From: Ramazzottius varieornatus
Lineage: Eukaryota > Animalia > Tardigrada
Direction: 5' to 3'
DNA: 64,000 bases
Assembly: GCA_001949185.1 (NCBI GenBank)
Contig: BDGG01000011.1
Span: 517,552-581,551 of the forward strand
Below, in pieces: positions 1-14,726 of the stretch (position 1 is its first letter; each line of letters opens with the position of its first letter). The position numbers were made by a program, and so were the translations under genes. The notes under the pieces were generated by a model, which worked only from the letters and a program-made list of their open reading frames with translations, was not told the DNA's origin and ran no database searches.

Positions 1-546
1 AGGCGGTGTGCATATGTGAGGCGGTGGCAGTGGCGATTAGGCGGTGACAAGATAGTCACACCACAGTGCATTACTAAGCGAGCTAATGAACCTTGGTCAT
101 ACTCTCCATCTAATGCCGGTGCTAGATCTCGCGACCGAAGAGTCTGTAGACTTCACGGTAAGAAATTGACGCTTTTTTTCAGCATCAGAAGCCCAAGACC
201 AGCTTTACCGTGTCTATGGAGTGGTTCCTGACTTCAAAACGGATCCGCCTCGAAATTTTCGTCAGTAAACACGAAACTTGCAACTGAACTTGCACGCTGC
301 GATAGCTATTCTATTAACAAAGAAAGGAAAGATAAGCTGCTCAGTTCCTGTCGGAGTGTGACCACGCCTGTAAAAGCGTTTTTGCGCCCAGTAACTAGCT
401 CACCATCCATTTTCTAATGTTGGACATAGGATAGCTCAGTTAAATACAGCATTCAAAATCAACCACGATCAGAAGAAGAGTTGAAAATACCTGGAAACAG
501 GAACAAAACTAATCTAGTTCAAAAAGATATGGACGAGTTTTATCAG

Positions 547-1318
547 TTAGCATATCTGGGCACTACCAGGGCATTGTCCAGTTAAACTCGACTCTTCATG
601 TTTATCTTTCGCAACATCACAGATAATCTCATCATACGATGGAGGAAGAAAAAGCCGGTACTCGGGTGGAGACTGCTCATCCAGCTCCGCCAAATATTCT
701 CCACGCGTTAGCTGGTGATTGCAGTTCTCCAGGTTACTTCCTTGCACGCCCATAGGACGTCTACCGTAGTACCACCTTTCGCAAAGTGATTGGAAGTACA
801 GCATCGTGCGGAAGGCAATCCAGACAGTTGCCAGAAGAGCCCAGCACACTGCAATTGCTTTGATGGTGTTGATCCAGGTTACTCGCAAATCATAAAGACT
901 TTTTCGCGTCACATCCGAACCTGATGAGGATTGTAAAACACATCGTGTGATTCCCATCGTCTCAGTTAAAGGTGGATACTGTTTGTTTGTGTGTGTGTGT
1001 ATGTATCCTACCGGTACGTGTGGGATCTGCAGATTTATCGAGACATCTGAAGGGTTCGTTGTCTGTTGACAGCATTCCTTCGAAGCTTGGGTGAAAATCC
1101 ATTTTGGTGTGTTTCGGGCCATCTTGAGGGCTTCCTCTCAGGTCACCGTCTTTGTAGTTATCGCCGGCCTGAACTACTGGGCTCGTCGATTGAGGCACAC
1201 TGTGCTCCACAGCGGTGGTGGCTGAGACGAGTATTCCGAACGACAGAAACTTCGCAGATGAACCGGGAAGTAGCGCGCTGACCAACCAGGCGTTAACTTC
1301 TAACAAGCCCAGCTGCAT
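547..1318 (-). CDS. Orphan single-pass membrane protein with cytoplasmic PY motifs (2 exons: 1318-1012, 920-547)
   Basis: ORFs 962..1318 and 547..1122 join in frame through a phase-1 intron at 1011-921 (G|GTAGGA...CATCAG|GT). Hydrophobic segment IKAIAVCWALLATVWIAF is followed by SPPEY and LPPSY. Confidence 0.55.
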
Positions 1319-2225
1319 CGTTTCAAATATCGATTACCGTCTAGAGCTCGCGTACAGTTGCGCCATTCCTTCGAACTTCATCCAGATGGATTACGTTGAA
1401 AACACACGCTATTAGCCTGTTTTCTAGAGTGAATTTGGAATAATTATAGCTTTTCAGTGTTAACGTCTATTCATCCGTTTTCTTGAAGGATGATGAAGGA
1501 CAGATAACAGCACAATGAACCGAATCAAGCTTCACTGCTCCCGATAAGATTTTAAAAGGGTGACTAATTTATTTGGGTACCAGACATGCTTGATAGGTAT
1601 CAAATCTTTAGTCGTGTGACTTACGCTAAAACGGTGTGGATAAGATACCCAAACGCGAACAATGAAGACTTGCAAACCAGTGGGGATTTCAGTCTGGGCA
1701 TAATTTACGTGCTTAAAGATCAATCAAGCGACACAAGTCAACTAAAGACTGACATAGAAAACTGATATAAAAACTGAGTTACAAAAGTTAGTTTTTAGTA
1801 TTCAGTCTCAGTGAAACAGTTGTACATGATTGATCGAACGGACGGAATTTATGCCCGAGACTGAAATCAACACTGTTGCAAACTCGCTTCATTGTTTACA
1901 ATGCACAGTTCCAATGAAATGTACCAGAAGAAACTCGCCAAAACTTCTTACGCCATTCGAAAAAAATGAGTTCAGAGTAAGATGTGCTCCATAGAAAATT
2001 ATCCGACGAAACTTGCACTCGATGATGACGAAAGACAGGTAAGCACAGTAGAACCCTGTTTGAGGTTCAATCTGACACAAACGAGAGCACTATACAACCT
2101 GATGATACTGCCGAAACTACGCGCAAGATTCGCAATAGGAACACAGAATCCAGAAATACATCAAAAAGCTCTACAAGCCACACAGAAAAGTTTCATTCAG
2201 ATCATGCACCAAAGAGTGACGGAGA

Positions 2226-3198
2226 TCAGACTAGTTCGGGAGGGGCGGTTGGCCGTTTGGTGTAGTCCTGTCTTGTGGCTTCGTTGTAAGACGGTGGGTA
2301 GTCCCGATCATCTTTCACTTGTTCATCGATGTAAGGATAGAGCGGTGAGCCCATGGGACCGGTGGTTGCTTGTGGACTCATTGGTCCTTGGAAGGCCGCA
2401 GTGGCCGGTATGGATATTTGAACGGGCTGGATGTGGGTGATCTGTTCGGTGGCCGCTGTGTCCACACGAACCATCGGTGCTATGCAGCAAACCATCAACA
2501 TTTGATTCAAAGCTAGGAAAAGACCAACACCAACCGCCATCGGGCCGCGTACCAAACGATGAGCCCTGAAAAACACCAAAAACATTTGAATAAGGGAGAA
2601 AACAAGGATCGAACAGTCAACTTTCAGATCACAAAACGTTATGAGAAACCGACTCCGTGACGTCACCACGTAAACGAAACCATCACGTGGCCAGAGCAGT
2701 AAAAGGGATTGTCACGTGATTCATAAATTCACACGTTGCAATTCAAACAATCAAGCATACGCACCAGTCGCTATTATCGTCATCGGAAATTATAATTATC
2801 CCTTGGATGGCTGAAGCCACGGCCAAAACAAATCCAAGCATGACCATGCCCGTGTAGATCCTCGGAAAGAGAGGCTGTGCTGTTACAACACGCTGGCCTC
2901 CGCGAGTCGGATCGTAGACGAGTTGAGAAGAAGGTTTGTTGGAAGCGAAGCAGCTGGCCAGGATGCCACACATACCAGTGAAGGCCAACACGGCGCAGGT
3001 CGCGATCGTCACGGGAAGGGGATATAGGATCAGCACAGGGATGAGCGCTAGGCCCCCTAACAGCAACTGAAGTGTTCCGGTAATGAATAGACGTATTCTG
3101 GGGCCGCGAACAGTCGACTGGGTGACGGTGGTTGTGGTGGTGGTGATCGGCTGGTAAGATACAGCCCCTCCGTTGTGTGCGATCACCGAAGTAGCCAT
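2226..3198 (-). CDS. Four-TM MS4A/CD20-like membrane protein with C-terminal PPSY (2 exons: 3198-2765, 2565-2226)
   Basis: Three hydrophobic helices in ORF 2743..3198 and a fourth in 2226..2669. Phase-2 intron TG|GTGCGT...TTTCAG|G. Pro/Gln-rich tail ending YPPSYNEA. Family assignment is by topology only. Confidence 0.65.
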
Positions 3199-5299
3199 CC
3201 TTCTGCGAACGTAGCTGTCGATTGATCCCGAAGTCTTTAATTACAACAGAACGAACAGGTCAGTAAACTTGGTAGTTGGGAGCAATTCTGAACTTCCATC
3301 AAGGGGAGAATGGCGTCTCCTATTCTCGATCTAGACGGAAGTAGCTGATCCTTACGTCACCACTCACCACTGTAGAGCTGCAGTACTTCGCCTGTTGCGA
3401 ACAACGGCGTGCCAAAACGCTGGCGACTCACCAGCCGCCGTAGATAGGGGAAGAACACCCATCAGCAGTCACACCGGAGGTCAGGGAATCAAGTCATGGT
3501 CTGCCTTTCATACGAATTATTAATTGGAGAGACACTTTAATTCGTATGGTGAAAGACATATTCCCACATCTCAAGGCTCTGGAAAATTCGAAGAAAGGTT
3601 TGGCCTTTTCGATTTTCCAGCAAGGCGAAGTACAGCAGCTCATCAGGATACGTCACACAGTGGGCGGAGTTTTGATCGGAAGTTCTGAAACAAACAACTG
3701 ACGTCATGAACAGCTGTTTGAATAACCGGACATTTTGAAGTTCTGACTTACCTCCCCCTTGCAAGCGCCGGCCGGCCAGTAGCCTCGTCTCCCGTTGGGA
3801 CTTGGGCCTTGGGAACAGATTGTTTTTGGCCGACAATGTAAAAATGGCGTCTGGGAATCGAGATTTTCTGGACACTGGGAGGTGAGATTACGGGTCGACT
3901 AGGGCCGGAAATGGTAGAAAAACGACCACCCTAAATGGCTCTGATGTACAAGAGGTGGAAATTTGCACCCCGAGAGAACAGGGTGGGAACGGCAGGATGG
4001 AAAAGCTGGGAACAAGCGATAGGGTGGGATTACTGTATACTCTCCCGAAATTGACGTACGTCACTCCATTCAGAGTGTAGAACTTAGAGAAAGGGTTCCC
4101 CAATGATTTGAGAGTCAGTGACGTACGTGAATTTCGGGAGAGCATACAGTACCGGCTTTTCATAACTTCAAACCCGGAAATCACGAGTTCTAAGAGAACC
4201 TGCTGTCTGTTTCAAGGGTTCCCAGTTAACCACCTCATTTGTACCCTATAGAGTAGCATTCCCTCCCATCTCGACCACACACCGTCAGCCAGTGCAATCC
4301 TGTAGTGCCACAAAGAGTACTCTGTGACGTCAGTATATCGAAACTGACAGAAGACATCAGTTCGACGGTCCTAGTTACTGGAATTACCTTGGGCGGTGCG
4401 GCAGTATACCACCCTAGGTTCAGAAACAGCAAATCCTTTTTGAATTTTCACTGCTCCGATTACGCAAGGACAGTCGCAGTATTTCGGTACTCTTGTTTCT
4501 GTTTAGACGTACATATCAGACAAGGTTTTTGAAGGACGATACGCGCCGCACCAGACAAGTATCTCTACGTAACACCGCTTCATGATTCGAGACATACATT
4601 TTCCGGTCTTGATTGGAAACCCTCGCTTGCACGAAACCGGTGAACCGTCAGACCAGACTCGAACTGACGATTACCCATAAGTGTGGCCCATTCTCGCTTT
4701 CCTAAAAAACTGAAACAAGCCGCTTGAATTTACTCGATCTGTAGCGACGGCCATGGGGCCGAAAAATCGAGCACGTACGTTTCCAGGTTATTCCGAACTG
4801 GACGCAATGAAGATGACAGCTTTTTCCAGGTAATGACTGATAAAGGGGAACAGAAACGCATGACGTCAGCCTTGTTTACTCTCGAAGTACGGCCTGCCAA
4901 ACCAGACGCTCTTGCTTAGATAGCTGACGGAACGCATGCCCCTGCCATTGTGCTAGTTGAACGAGTGCATGCACTTCTCATCGAATTTGACTTCACTAAA
5001 TAAGCCGCACCCCCCCCCCCACCCCGTTTTGAAAAGTGCTCGAAAGTGATCGCGAACTGCCTTTTCTTGTAGCTATAATCTGCAATGACAACGCAAAACA
5101 ATAGCGCTGTTTAGAGTTTCGCTCTAACTTTCTGAACGCTTCAAAACCTGAGGCTAAACAAGAAGAGAAAAGCGAAGTAGGGATGCACTTCCTACATTTG
5201 CTTCAGAGGTCAATAGCGCTATGGCTATGTTCAAATTACCCGCATCGAAGGGAAAAGCAATCGGTCGATCACCTGTAGCGGAAAGTTTGATATAGGCTA

Positions 5300-8200
5300 T
5301 AGACCTGAGGATGGTGTGGTTTCACCACACCACACCGAAAACAACCACTCTTTTTGGTTTCGGTGTGCTTGAAACACCAAATCGAAAAATTGGTGTCCGA
5401 GTCACACCGAATTTACCGTTTCGGTATCTAGGAACACCACATCACACCAGACCGAAAAACTTTTGGTGCACCAGATTTAATGAGCTAGTCAGCTAGCTTG
5501 GGCTAGATGAGTATCGCAAACTCGCTGTTTCGCCCCGTGGTTGATTCGACTAACTGGCGATTGTTTAAGCTGCGAAAATTTACCTGTGTGGAATGTTTTC
5601 TTTCGAATTCGTCTGTATTACATCTTGCCATCTTTCGACGGCTCTGTTCGTTCTTTTTGAATTCAGATAGCTGTCATGTGTGGAAACAGGCTGACGTTTA
5701 ATCAGGAGCTGGAACAGATTCGTGCGGAGAGCGAAGAAAGGAATGCCGTACGTCGCGAAATGGACGAAGGTGAACTGGACCATGTGCCGATGGAGATTGC
5801 CGCCACCTTCTCTAGGTTCACCGACTTCGACAGTCAAGAGTAAGAGAGCCGCCAATGAAGTGAAACGCCGAGCGCCCATCTACAAGTATTGGAATCTGGA
5901 CGAGAAAGCGAAGAAGTTCAGATGTGGGTTTGGCAAGTGCAGGCAGACTTACGCCGAAACCAACTCGAGCTCGATGCTGACTGCCCATACCAAGTCTTGT
6001 CACCTAACTGAATGGGAGAAAGCCGACGGCAGAACCACGAATTCCACCAGCTCAAAATCAGCAGCAGTAGCCAAAGCATTCCAACCCGTAGATCCAAAGC
6101 TGAGCCCTAAGGAGCAACAAGCGATTGACGATCGCTTCAAACGACTCATTACAGGTGAAATCTACTCTTCGCCCTTGTGGACTATCCTGAATTCAGAGAA
6201 CTTGCCCAAGCTCTGAATCGTCTTTGTGAAGTACCGAGCAGGTTCACTCTCAAAGCTTGCCTGTGCGCCGACTTCGAAAAGTATAGGCAGAAGGTAAAGC
6301 TAATCTTGCAAGACTACCTTCATATTTCTCGACTTCAGAATTTTGATTGTTGATTGTAGGTGAAAGCTGAGCTAGCTAACGTACCTGGACGAATCTCATT
6401 GACGTTAGATCCGTGGACTTCTGTGGCTCAGGAAGGATATCTGGGGCTTACGGCACACTGGGTGACTTCAGAGTTCGAGTTACGGGAGTTACTGCTCGGG
6501 TTTGTTAGCCTACCAGCCGAGCACACTGGAGAAGTCCTGAAAGAAGAAGTCATGTCAATCCTGAGAGACTACGGTATCGCGCACAAGACGTTCGCCTGGA
6601 CTATGGATGGGGCCGCGAACATGAAAGCTTTCTTTAACGACATGAAACCAGACTTCAACTAGAGAGACAGAGCCTGAAAGTGACTACTGAAGGTTTTTAT
6701 TCACAAATCCATTCTTGGAAGTCCATTTCTGAGCTCAATTTTTGCGAACGATTGTGGCTTATGAATCTGCTCTGCAGTGTCAGAATTCCGGAGACGGTGC
6801 GTTTGTCATGTGATGAACAACGTGGCGGAAGTTGGCATTAAGGATGACTTAAGGCTGCTTAGTCGGGTACGTGAGATGGTCAATTTCATACGGAAGCCGA
6901 AAGCAAAGAAACAGTACATCGCATTGCGAGAGTCGGAAAAAGACAGAGACAAGGAAAGACATCTCAGGTTACCCTTGGATGTCTCCACGAAATGGAATAG
7001 CACTTTGCCAATACGGAGTGCTTTTGAGGCGAGGCACCACCTGGAAAAGTTTCGCGGCTACGTACGGTACCACCACGTTCAAGAAGAACCTACTGAAAGA
7101 TTCTGAATGGGATGACGTGAGCCGCTTGATACGTTTTCTGAGTCCATTGGAAGAAGCCATAAACGACTGTTCGGCCTCGAAGTCTCCCACTTTCCATCTC
7201 GGCAAGCAGTGCCTGGCTATCCTTCAAGACCACTTCAAGGTAAAATTAGTTAACTGATAGAAGAGCTACTTCCTGTTCGCAATGAAAGTTTCCTGGTATT
7301 TGTATACCGTGGTTTGAATATTCCACTATTCGCGTTTAGTTTTCATTCTGCTCCAACAGAATTCCAAAATCGAAATGAGAATCACACTAGTATTAGTCAC
7401 CAAAATACTGACGTACGAACCGAGACTGCTCTTCCATCAGATTAATTAATTTTCTCTTAAGGCCGCACAAGACCCGAGCGCGGTGAGAATAATTTCTGCA
7501 TTCGGTTTGGTGGCGTTTTCTATCACGGAACTTCGTTGTAGAAACCCTACATCAAGAAGACAGCAGAGAACATGGAAGCCAAGCTGACGTCGGTCGAACT
7601 GGATAGCTGGCAGCAGGAAGTCACAATCGTTGCCCTTCTTCTGGATCCTTGTGTGCCTTCGCAAGGCTCGAGAGAAATTACAAGCCACGGAGGTGTTATA
7701 GAAATACGTCGGTCTTTACTCGGATCAAAACATCGGTATTCCGGAAAATGTCCCCGTTAGTCAATCACAGCCTACATCTCTTCGCGACTCTTTCCTGAGA
7801 AAGATCACTAACGGGTCGACTGCTCAACAGAATAAAGTCGATAGTTATCTTGGAAGCTCAGCGGAACCGAAGTGCGACGTCCTGAAATGGTGGAAATCCC
7901 AACGTAATGTTTTCCCTGTCTTTTCAAAAATGGTGATTAACTTTATGGCTGTTTGCGCTTCTTCGGTCCCCTCTGAGCGATGGTTTTCGCGTGCTGGTAA
8001 GGTCGTTACCAAGCCTAGAAGTTCACTAGATAGTACGACCGTTCAAGTTTCGATGTGTTTGAAATCTTGGTATTTTTTTGAGTTTCCTACAGTGCAGTTC
8101 GATTTGTCGATGACGGATCAATAAATTGTGAATTCGCTCTTTGAAACTTTTTTCAGTTTGGTGTGGTGTGGTGCACCGAAAGAGTGGTATCCGATCCACA

Positions 8201-8311
8201 CCACACCGGAAAAAGTGGTGTGGCTTTCGCAACGAAAAACCAGTTTCGGTGTGGAGAAGCACCGAACCGAAAAACACCACACCACACTTAATCACACTTT
8301 TCTCAGGTCTA
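5300..8311 (+). mobile_element. hAT-superfamily DNA transposon (3012 bp) with TIRs and 8-bp TSD
   Basis: Ends TAGACCTGAG (5300) and CTCAGGTCTA (8311), extending imperfectly to about 22 bp. Perfect 8-bp TSD ATAGGCTA at 5292-5299 and 8312-8319. Subterminal CACCACACC/CACCGA arrays at about 5313-5470 and 8160-8300. Confidence 0.95.
5722..8124 (+). pseudogene. Degenerate, intron-containing hAT transposase (BED zinc finger, DDE core, C-terminal dimerisation domain)
   Basis: BED finger IYKYW...C...C...H...H; ISLTLDPWTS, TMDGAANM, RCVCHVMN, LDVSTKWNST, eW..l..fL.P and SSVPSERWFS motifs are spread over several frames. Introns at 6294-6359 and about 7240-7540. Apparent frameshifts near 6160 and 7080, in-frame TAG at 6660-6662. 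Confidence 0.88.
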
Positions 8312-9369
8312 ATAGGCTATATCGTTCTCCACCCTGGACTGGCTTGCTAGCCTCCACCTGGACGAGATGTGATGTCAAGGGGCCGGACCCCAGCCAGGGG
8401 TGACATGAAAATTCAGTTAGGATTTTCGAAAGTGGCGCATAAAACTGGTGAAAAATTCAAGAGGACCGCGTCGCGGGCGGCATATGTCGGCTTACGGCGT
8501 GCGCCTTCAGGCATCCCAGTTAAGGTGCGCAGCGGTTCATTATATCACACTTAGGTTTGCGCCGGCTATCAGAAATGCAGTATACCACAGTGTGGGCGTT
8601 GTCGGACGCGCACTCGTGCGAGTCGACCAATGAGAACTGCGCAATTACACAGAGTGAATTGCAGTTGGGGGGAGCGTACCGTGCCGTTAAACCTAATCAA
8701 TGTCAGTTTCCGTTCAGTTTCGTTTACGGAAACTGGCCTAATTATTGGCCTGGACAAGATTTCTGGCCACTGATTTCCGAACCGGCAGCTCTGCCAGCTG
8801 TATTCGGTTGCGTTTGCAACAGAAGTGGCTTCCACCACACATTGCTGCTTTACCGACATGAATAACCGATTAGTGGTGGTCCTGCGGGGGCTGCTCGTTT
8901 GGCAGCGGCGGCCAGCGGTGCCCCGGCAAACAGGACTTTGTAGAAAACAGTCGGGTAATAGCAATGTCGGCCCTTACGTCACGAGCCGAGCCATAACATC
9001 AACCGTGCACGTACGTTGCACCCATGGTGTCGTCTCGTAGAAAAATTCGGGTTCGCTTGAATTAACCGAGTCAGCGATCAGCTGATCGTGACGTCATAGG
9101 CGACAAATAGGAAGGAATTTTATTAGCTCGACAATTCAGTCGACGACCTCCCCGATGTTAAGAGGATCAAAGTCTACTCAGCAAGATGGTGGAAAAAGTT
9201 ACAGTAACCAAAACAGAGTCACCCGGTTGGTCAGGAACGAGTATCGTTATAAAGATCGATCTTTCAGGTTCAAGACAACAAATAGATCCGTTTGGAGTGC
9301 CAGCTAGAGCGACTAAAGGAGAATTTATAACACACAGCGATAAAATTTGGTTAGCCGTTCGGTTCACAG

Positions 9370-10317
9370 TTATAGACCGAACTTCCAAGGAGTGATGCTG
9401 ATGTTGGACGACCAGTTCTCGGCTTTCGGGACAACGTCCACATTGTTCGCGAAGACTCCGATGCGACCGACCATGGAAGACTTAGTGTCGTCAGGGCCGA
9501 CAGGAACTATCCGGCGGAAGCGAGGCTTCACTCCGATGTTTTGCAGGTAATCTTTCAGCTGTTCAGCGGTTACGTGTCTCGGGACACTCCGAATGGCGAA
9601 GTCACGACCCGGCGGTCTCTTGGCTCGCAGCGGGTTGGCTGTTATACTTTCTTCATCAGCCTTCTTCGTACCTCTTACAACAACGCGGGTTGCCTTTTGC
9701 CGTACAGCAGGGTTCCCGGATGGTTGGGATCTCCGGGCAGTAACGGCAGCGAAGGTTGGAGTGATGATAGCCTTGAGTGGAGAAACTACGGGCGTTGCGG
9801 TGGCGGTAGCCTGGGTCATACTGGCGACACTAGCCTTGCTGGCAGGAGGCTCATATGGCGGGACAGGCAGCCGTTGGGCGATATTCTCCAGCAAAGACAA
9901 TCTTCCTAAGATGGATTGCCGGCTTACCTCAAGAGCTTTGACGGTCTTCTGTAGCTCCAGCTTGTCTTCGTGTAGGGATTCCACGAGGCTCTCCAGGCGG
10001 CTGATCTGCTCAGCTTGGCATCGAAGGTGTTCCATGGGCTGGTACATCTGGATCGGCCATATCCGCTCGAATTCCTCTCGACAATGATGCCTCAATACTT
10101 CAGCCATCCCTTCCATAGGCGTGTTGTGTCTTTCCAGGAGCTCATCCTCAGTCCCGACAAAAGATAGCTTCATAAATTTCAGATTTACATACAATAAAAA
10201 GTTTTTTTCCACAAAGGCTTGTTTGCCGGCGCACCGCTGGCGGCGGCGGGGAGCTGCTGTGGTGAAGCCTCGCAAGGCAAACACGTCGGAGAGCTCCGCC
10301 GATGTCCTCCTCACCAT
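9370..10317 (-). CDS. Non-LTR retrotransposon (CR1/L2-type) ORF1-like protein, no ORF2 seen
   Basis: Coiled coil (QISRLESLVESLHEDKLELQKTVKALE), TFAAV motif, and C-terminal RRM-like region (FAIRSVPRHVTAEQLKDYLQ...ENWSSNISITPW) typical of CR1/L2 ORF1p. True start codon uncertain. Confidence 0.6.
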   Translation of the reverse strand: MVRRTSAELSDVFALRGFTTAAPRRRQRCAGKQAFVEKNFLLYVNLKFMKLSFVGTEDELLERHNTPMEGMAEVLRHHCREEFERIWPIQMYQPMEHLRCQAEQISRLESLVESLHEDKLELQKTVKALEVSRQSILGRLSLLENIAQRLPVPPYEPPASKASVASMTQATATATPVVSPLKAIITPTFAAVTARRSQPSGNPAVRQKATRVVVRGTKKADEESITANPLRAKRPPGRDFAIRSVPRHVTAEQLKDYLQNIGVKPRFRRIVPVGPDDTKSSMVGRIGVFANNVDVVPKAENWSSNISITPWKFGL

Positions 10318-10727
10318 CGCTGTTCGACAGCGGTGGAGCCACTAAGGCTTTCTGGACCTTGCTTCCCTGTAATTGCCGTCTTACTTTTATATATTTTATT
10401 GTGTAAACAATACAAATAATGAGAAAAATAAAATCGCCGCTTTCCGTCGCAATCCCCCCAAAAGCACAGTTCCCTTAGGGGAGATAATAAATTTATACAG
10501 GGGCTTCCCAAAAGTCACTGAAGATCACACCCCTTGCTGGGAGACGAGATTATGTGGCAAATTTCCTGGCCACATACAGTACGTTGGGAGACGAGATTTT
10601 GGTACCTGGCCCGCGCTTGGCTGCCTTGCAACTCCCACCACATTGTCTCGCGCTATACTGTGCTCTCGAGTCGCGACGAGCGAAACATCTGGGGAACCTC
10701 TGTCTAACGGGAACATTGCGTAAGAAG

Positions 10728-12847
<2,120 letters not shown>

Positions 12848-13860
12848 TATTTTTGCTCATTACTTCTTTCCGGTTTTACAAAGAGAAATTATCATGGGAT
12901 ATTTTTCTTTGCGCTCGAGAAATGTAAGAACCATTTTTTGTCCAACCACCAATGTTAACACAAGTAGCGATGTTAGTAATTTGCGTTACATGGAAACAAC
13001 GTATCAAAATATAGAAGTTTTTGCACTTCCGTTGTGCAAACACTAGGAACTGTTTTGACTACCGAAAGCCCCGAGATAGTATGAATTCCTGCTGAGCTGC
13101 GGATTCCATGATTTCCGGCGCGATTTTTGATGGCCAGTGTTTACCGCCTTCTGTCCCAACTTATTGACCAATTCTCGATCCGTTGACCGCAAACTTCGAC
13201 CGAGAGTCTGCAGACACTTATGGGGCAATTCCTGTGAAATCCGCCTCCCTATAACGTCCTTGTGGACACTTACCGGATGATGTATGTTTGTTCTTAATTT
13301 TACCCACACGTCGGGATTGCGCAGCTGTCTATTTGCTAGTGGAAATTTCTACAGAACCATGGTCAAGATAACGGAGTGCCCTTGGACACGAGTACTCATG
13401 GACACCCATGTCAATATGAAAGGATATAAAGGAGGCGCCTATTAGATAGGCCTATCAGATAAGCCCTCTCTGATGGCAGCGGGGAACATCGATGTCGTTT
13501 TTCCAAGTGGCGCATGTTTCCAGCCAGTCAAACTGAGGACCCGCGCTACTAAAAAAGCTCGACCAGATCGTTTCATCAACGTGGCGCACGTCTCTGGCTA
13601 AACACCCCATCAAAGTACGCCGCTTCGAAAACTAATCTTATCGAGCTTGTTCGCCGAGCTCCCAGTTAGTCAGGGAGAACCCCGAAACGAAGGTTGTCTT
13701 GTTTGCAGGGTATCCGGAAGAGACGGCTGAAAAGGTAGGACCAACCATGTTGAACGGGGAGAGCGAAAGACAGCTTGTTGTGTAAGTGGTGACGCCCATT
13801 GTCGGTCGATTCAGCAAACGTCGATTTCGGGTGAATGAAGTGCAAGAACCAGTGAAAATA

Positions 13861-14595
13861 CACCCTGTCCCAGCCAACTTGCTACCACCTCGAACTTCGA
13901 CGTCGAAAGACTCAGATTACTGTTTTTCGTTGCTTAGTCCGCACTGTTCGTACAACGTTTTGAGTTCTATCGAATGAGCCACAATTCGATACGATACAGC
14001 AAGAAATAGGTTTGAACATTCGACTGATATGACTTCCGGTGGGGAAGACATGTCGCCGCGACTAAAACACAGTCTACAGAATTCTGTGCTTGAGTTGCGA
14101 TCCCCGATTTCACGTAGATGGGCCTACAACTATCTGTGTAGTCTAGAAAGATCGAAAAAGGCCATAGAACTACCCAACTGGCTCGGCAAATGAATTATAA
14201 GTAGTAAAATTGGCCATTTTGCCGGGAAAACGGTTTTCGGCCAAAAACTCTAGCTATGGTTCTGAACGGCAGATTCACGTTTCCGACCCCTTCTTGGGTA
14301 GCTCACACCCATTTCTAATTATTATCAACAACAAAACTTCAGGAGCTCAGTCACTTGCTGAAAAAAAAATTTTTAAAATGGACGTGAAAACTCCGAAAGT
14401 TGTGAGTTTTTTCACCTCGCACCTTTTCCAGTTTTCCGTCGATTCCGACTTCCTGTGTACAGAATTCCGGCCAATAATTTTCTGTGAGATAGTAAGTAGG
14501 ATACTGAACCAAGGAAATATAGTATGGAAGTTGGAGAACAATTGAGCCGAGAACAACTGTGTTATGAGTGGTAGCAAGTTGGCTGGGACATGGTG
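13861..14595. mobile_element. Non-autonomous TA-flanked TIR element (Tc1/mariner-type MITE), 735 bp
   Basis: 28-bp TIR CACCCTGTCCCAGCCAACTTGCTACCAC (13861-13888) with an inverted copy at 14568-14595 (1 mismatch). TA at 13859-60 and 14596-97. No transposase ORF inside. Confidence 0.8.
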
Positions 14596-14726
14596 TACAT
14601 GGACGCGCCAAAGCGATTGCATGCCAGGTGAATTCTGCAACCTTGTTTCACAGAGGGACAAGAAGTCGAGGCCTTGATATTGACTGTTGGTAGAGCTGGT
14701 TCCACTGGGTAGAACCCGAGCGAATC

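Noticed and set aside
9541-10087. Long antisense ORFs over coding exons (also 29779..30234, 56729..57109, 23554..24063)
   Set aside because: These are shadow frames of real genes or low-complexity exons with no independent coding signal.
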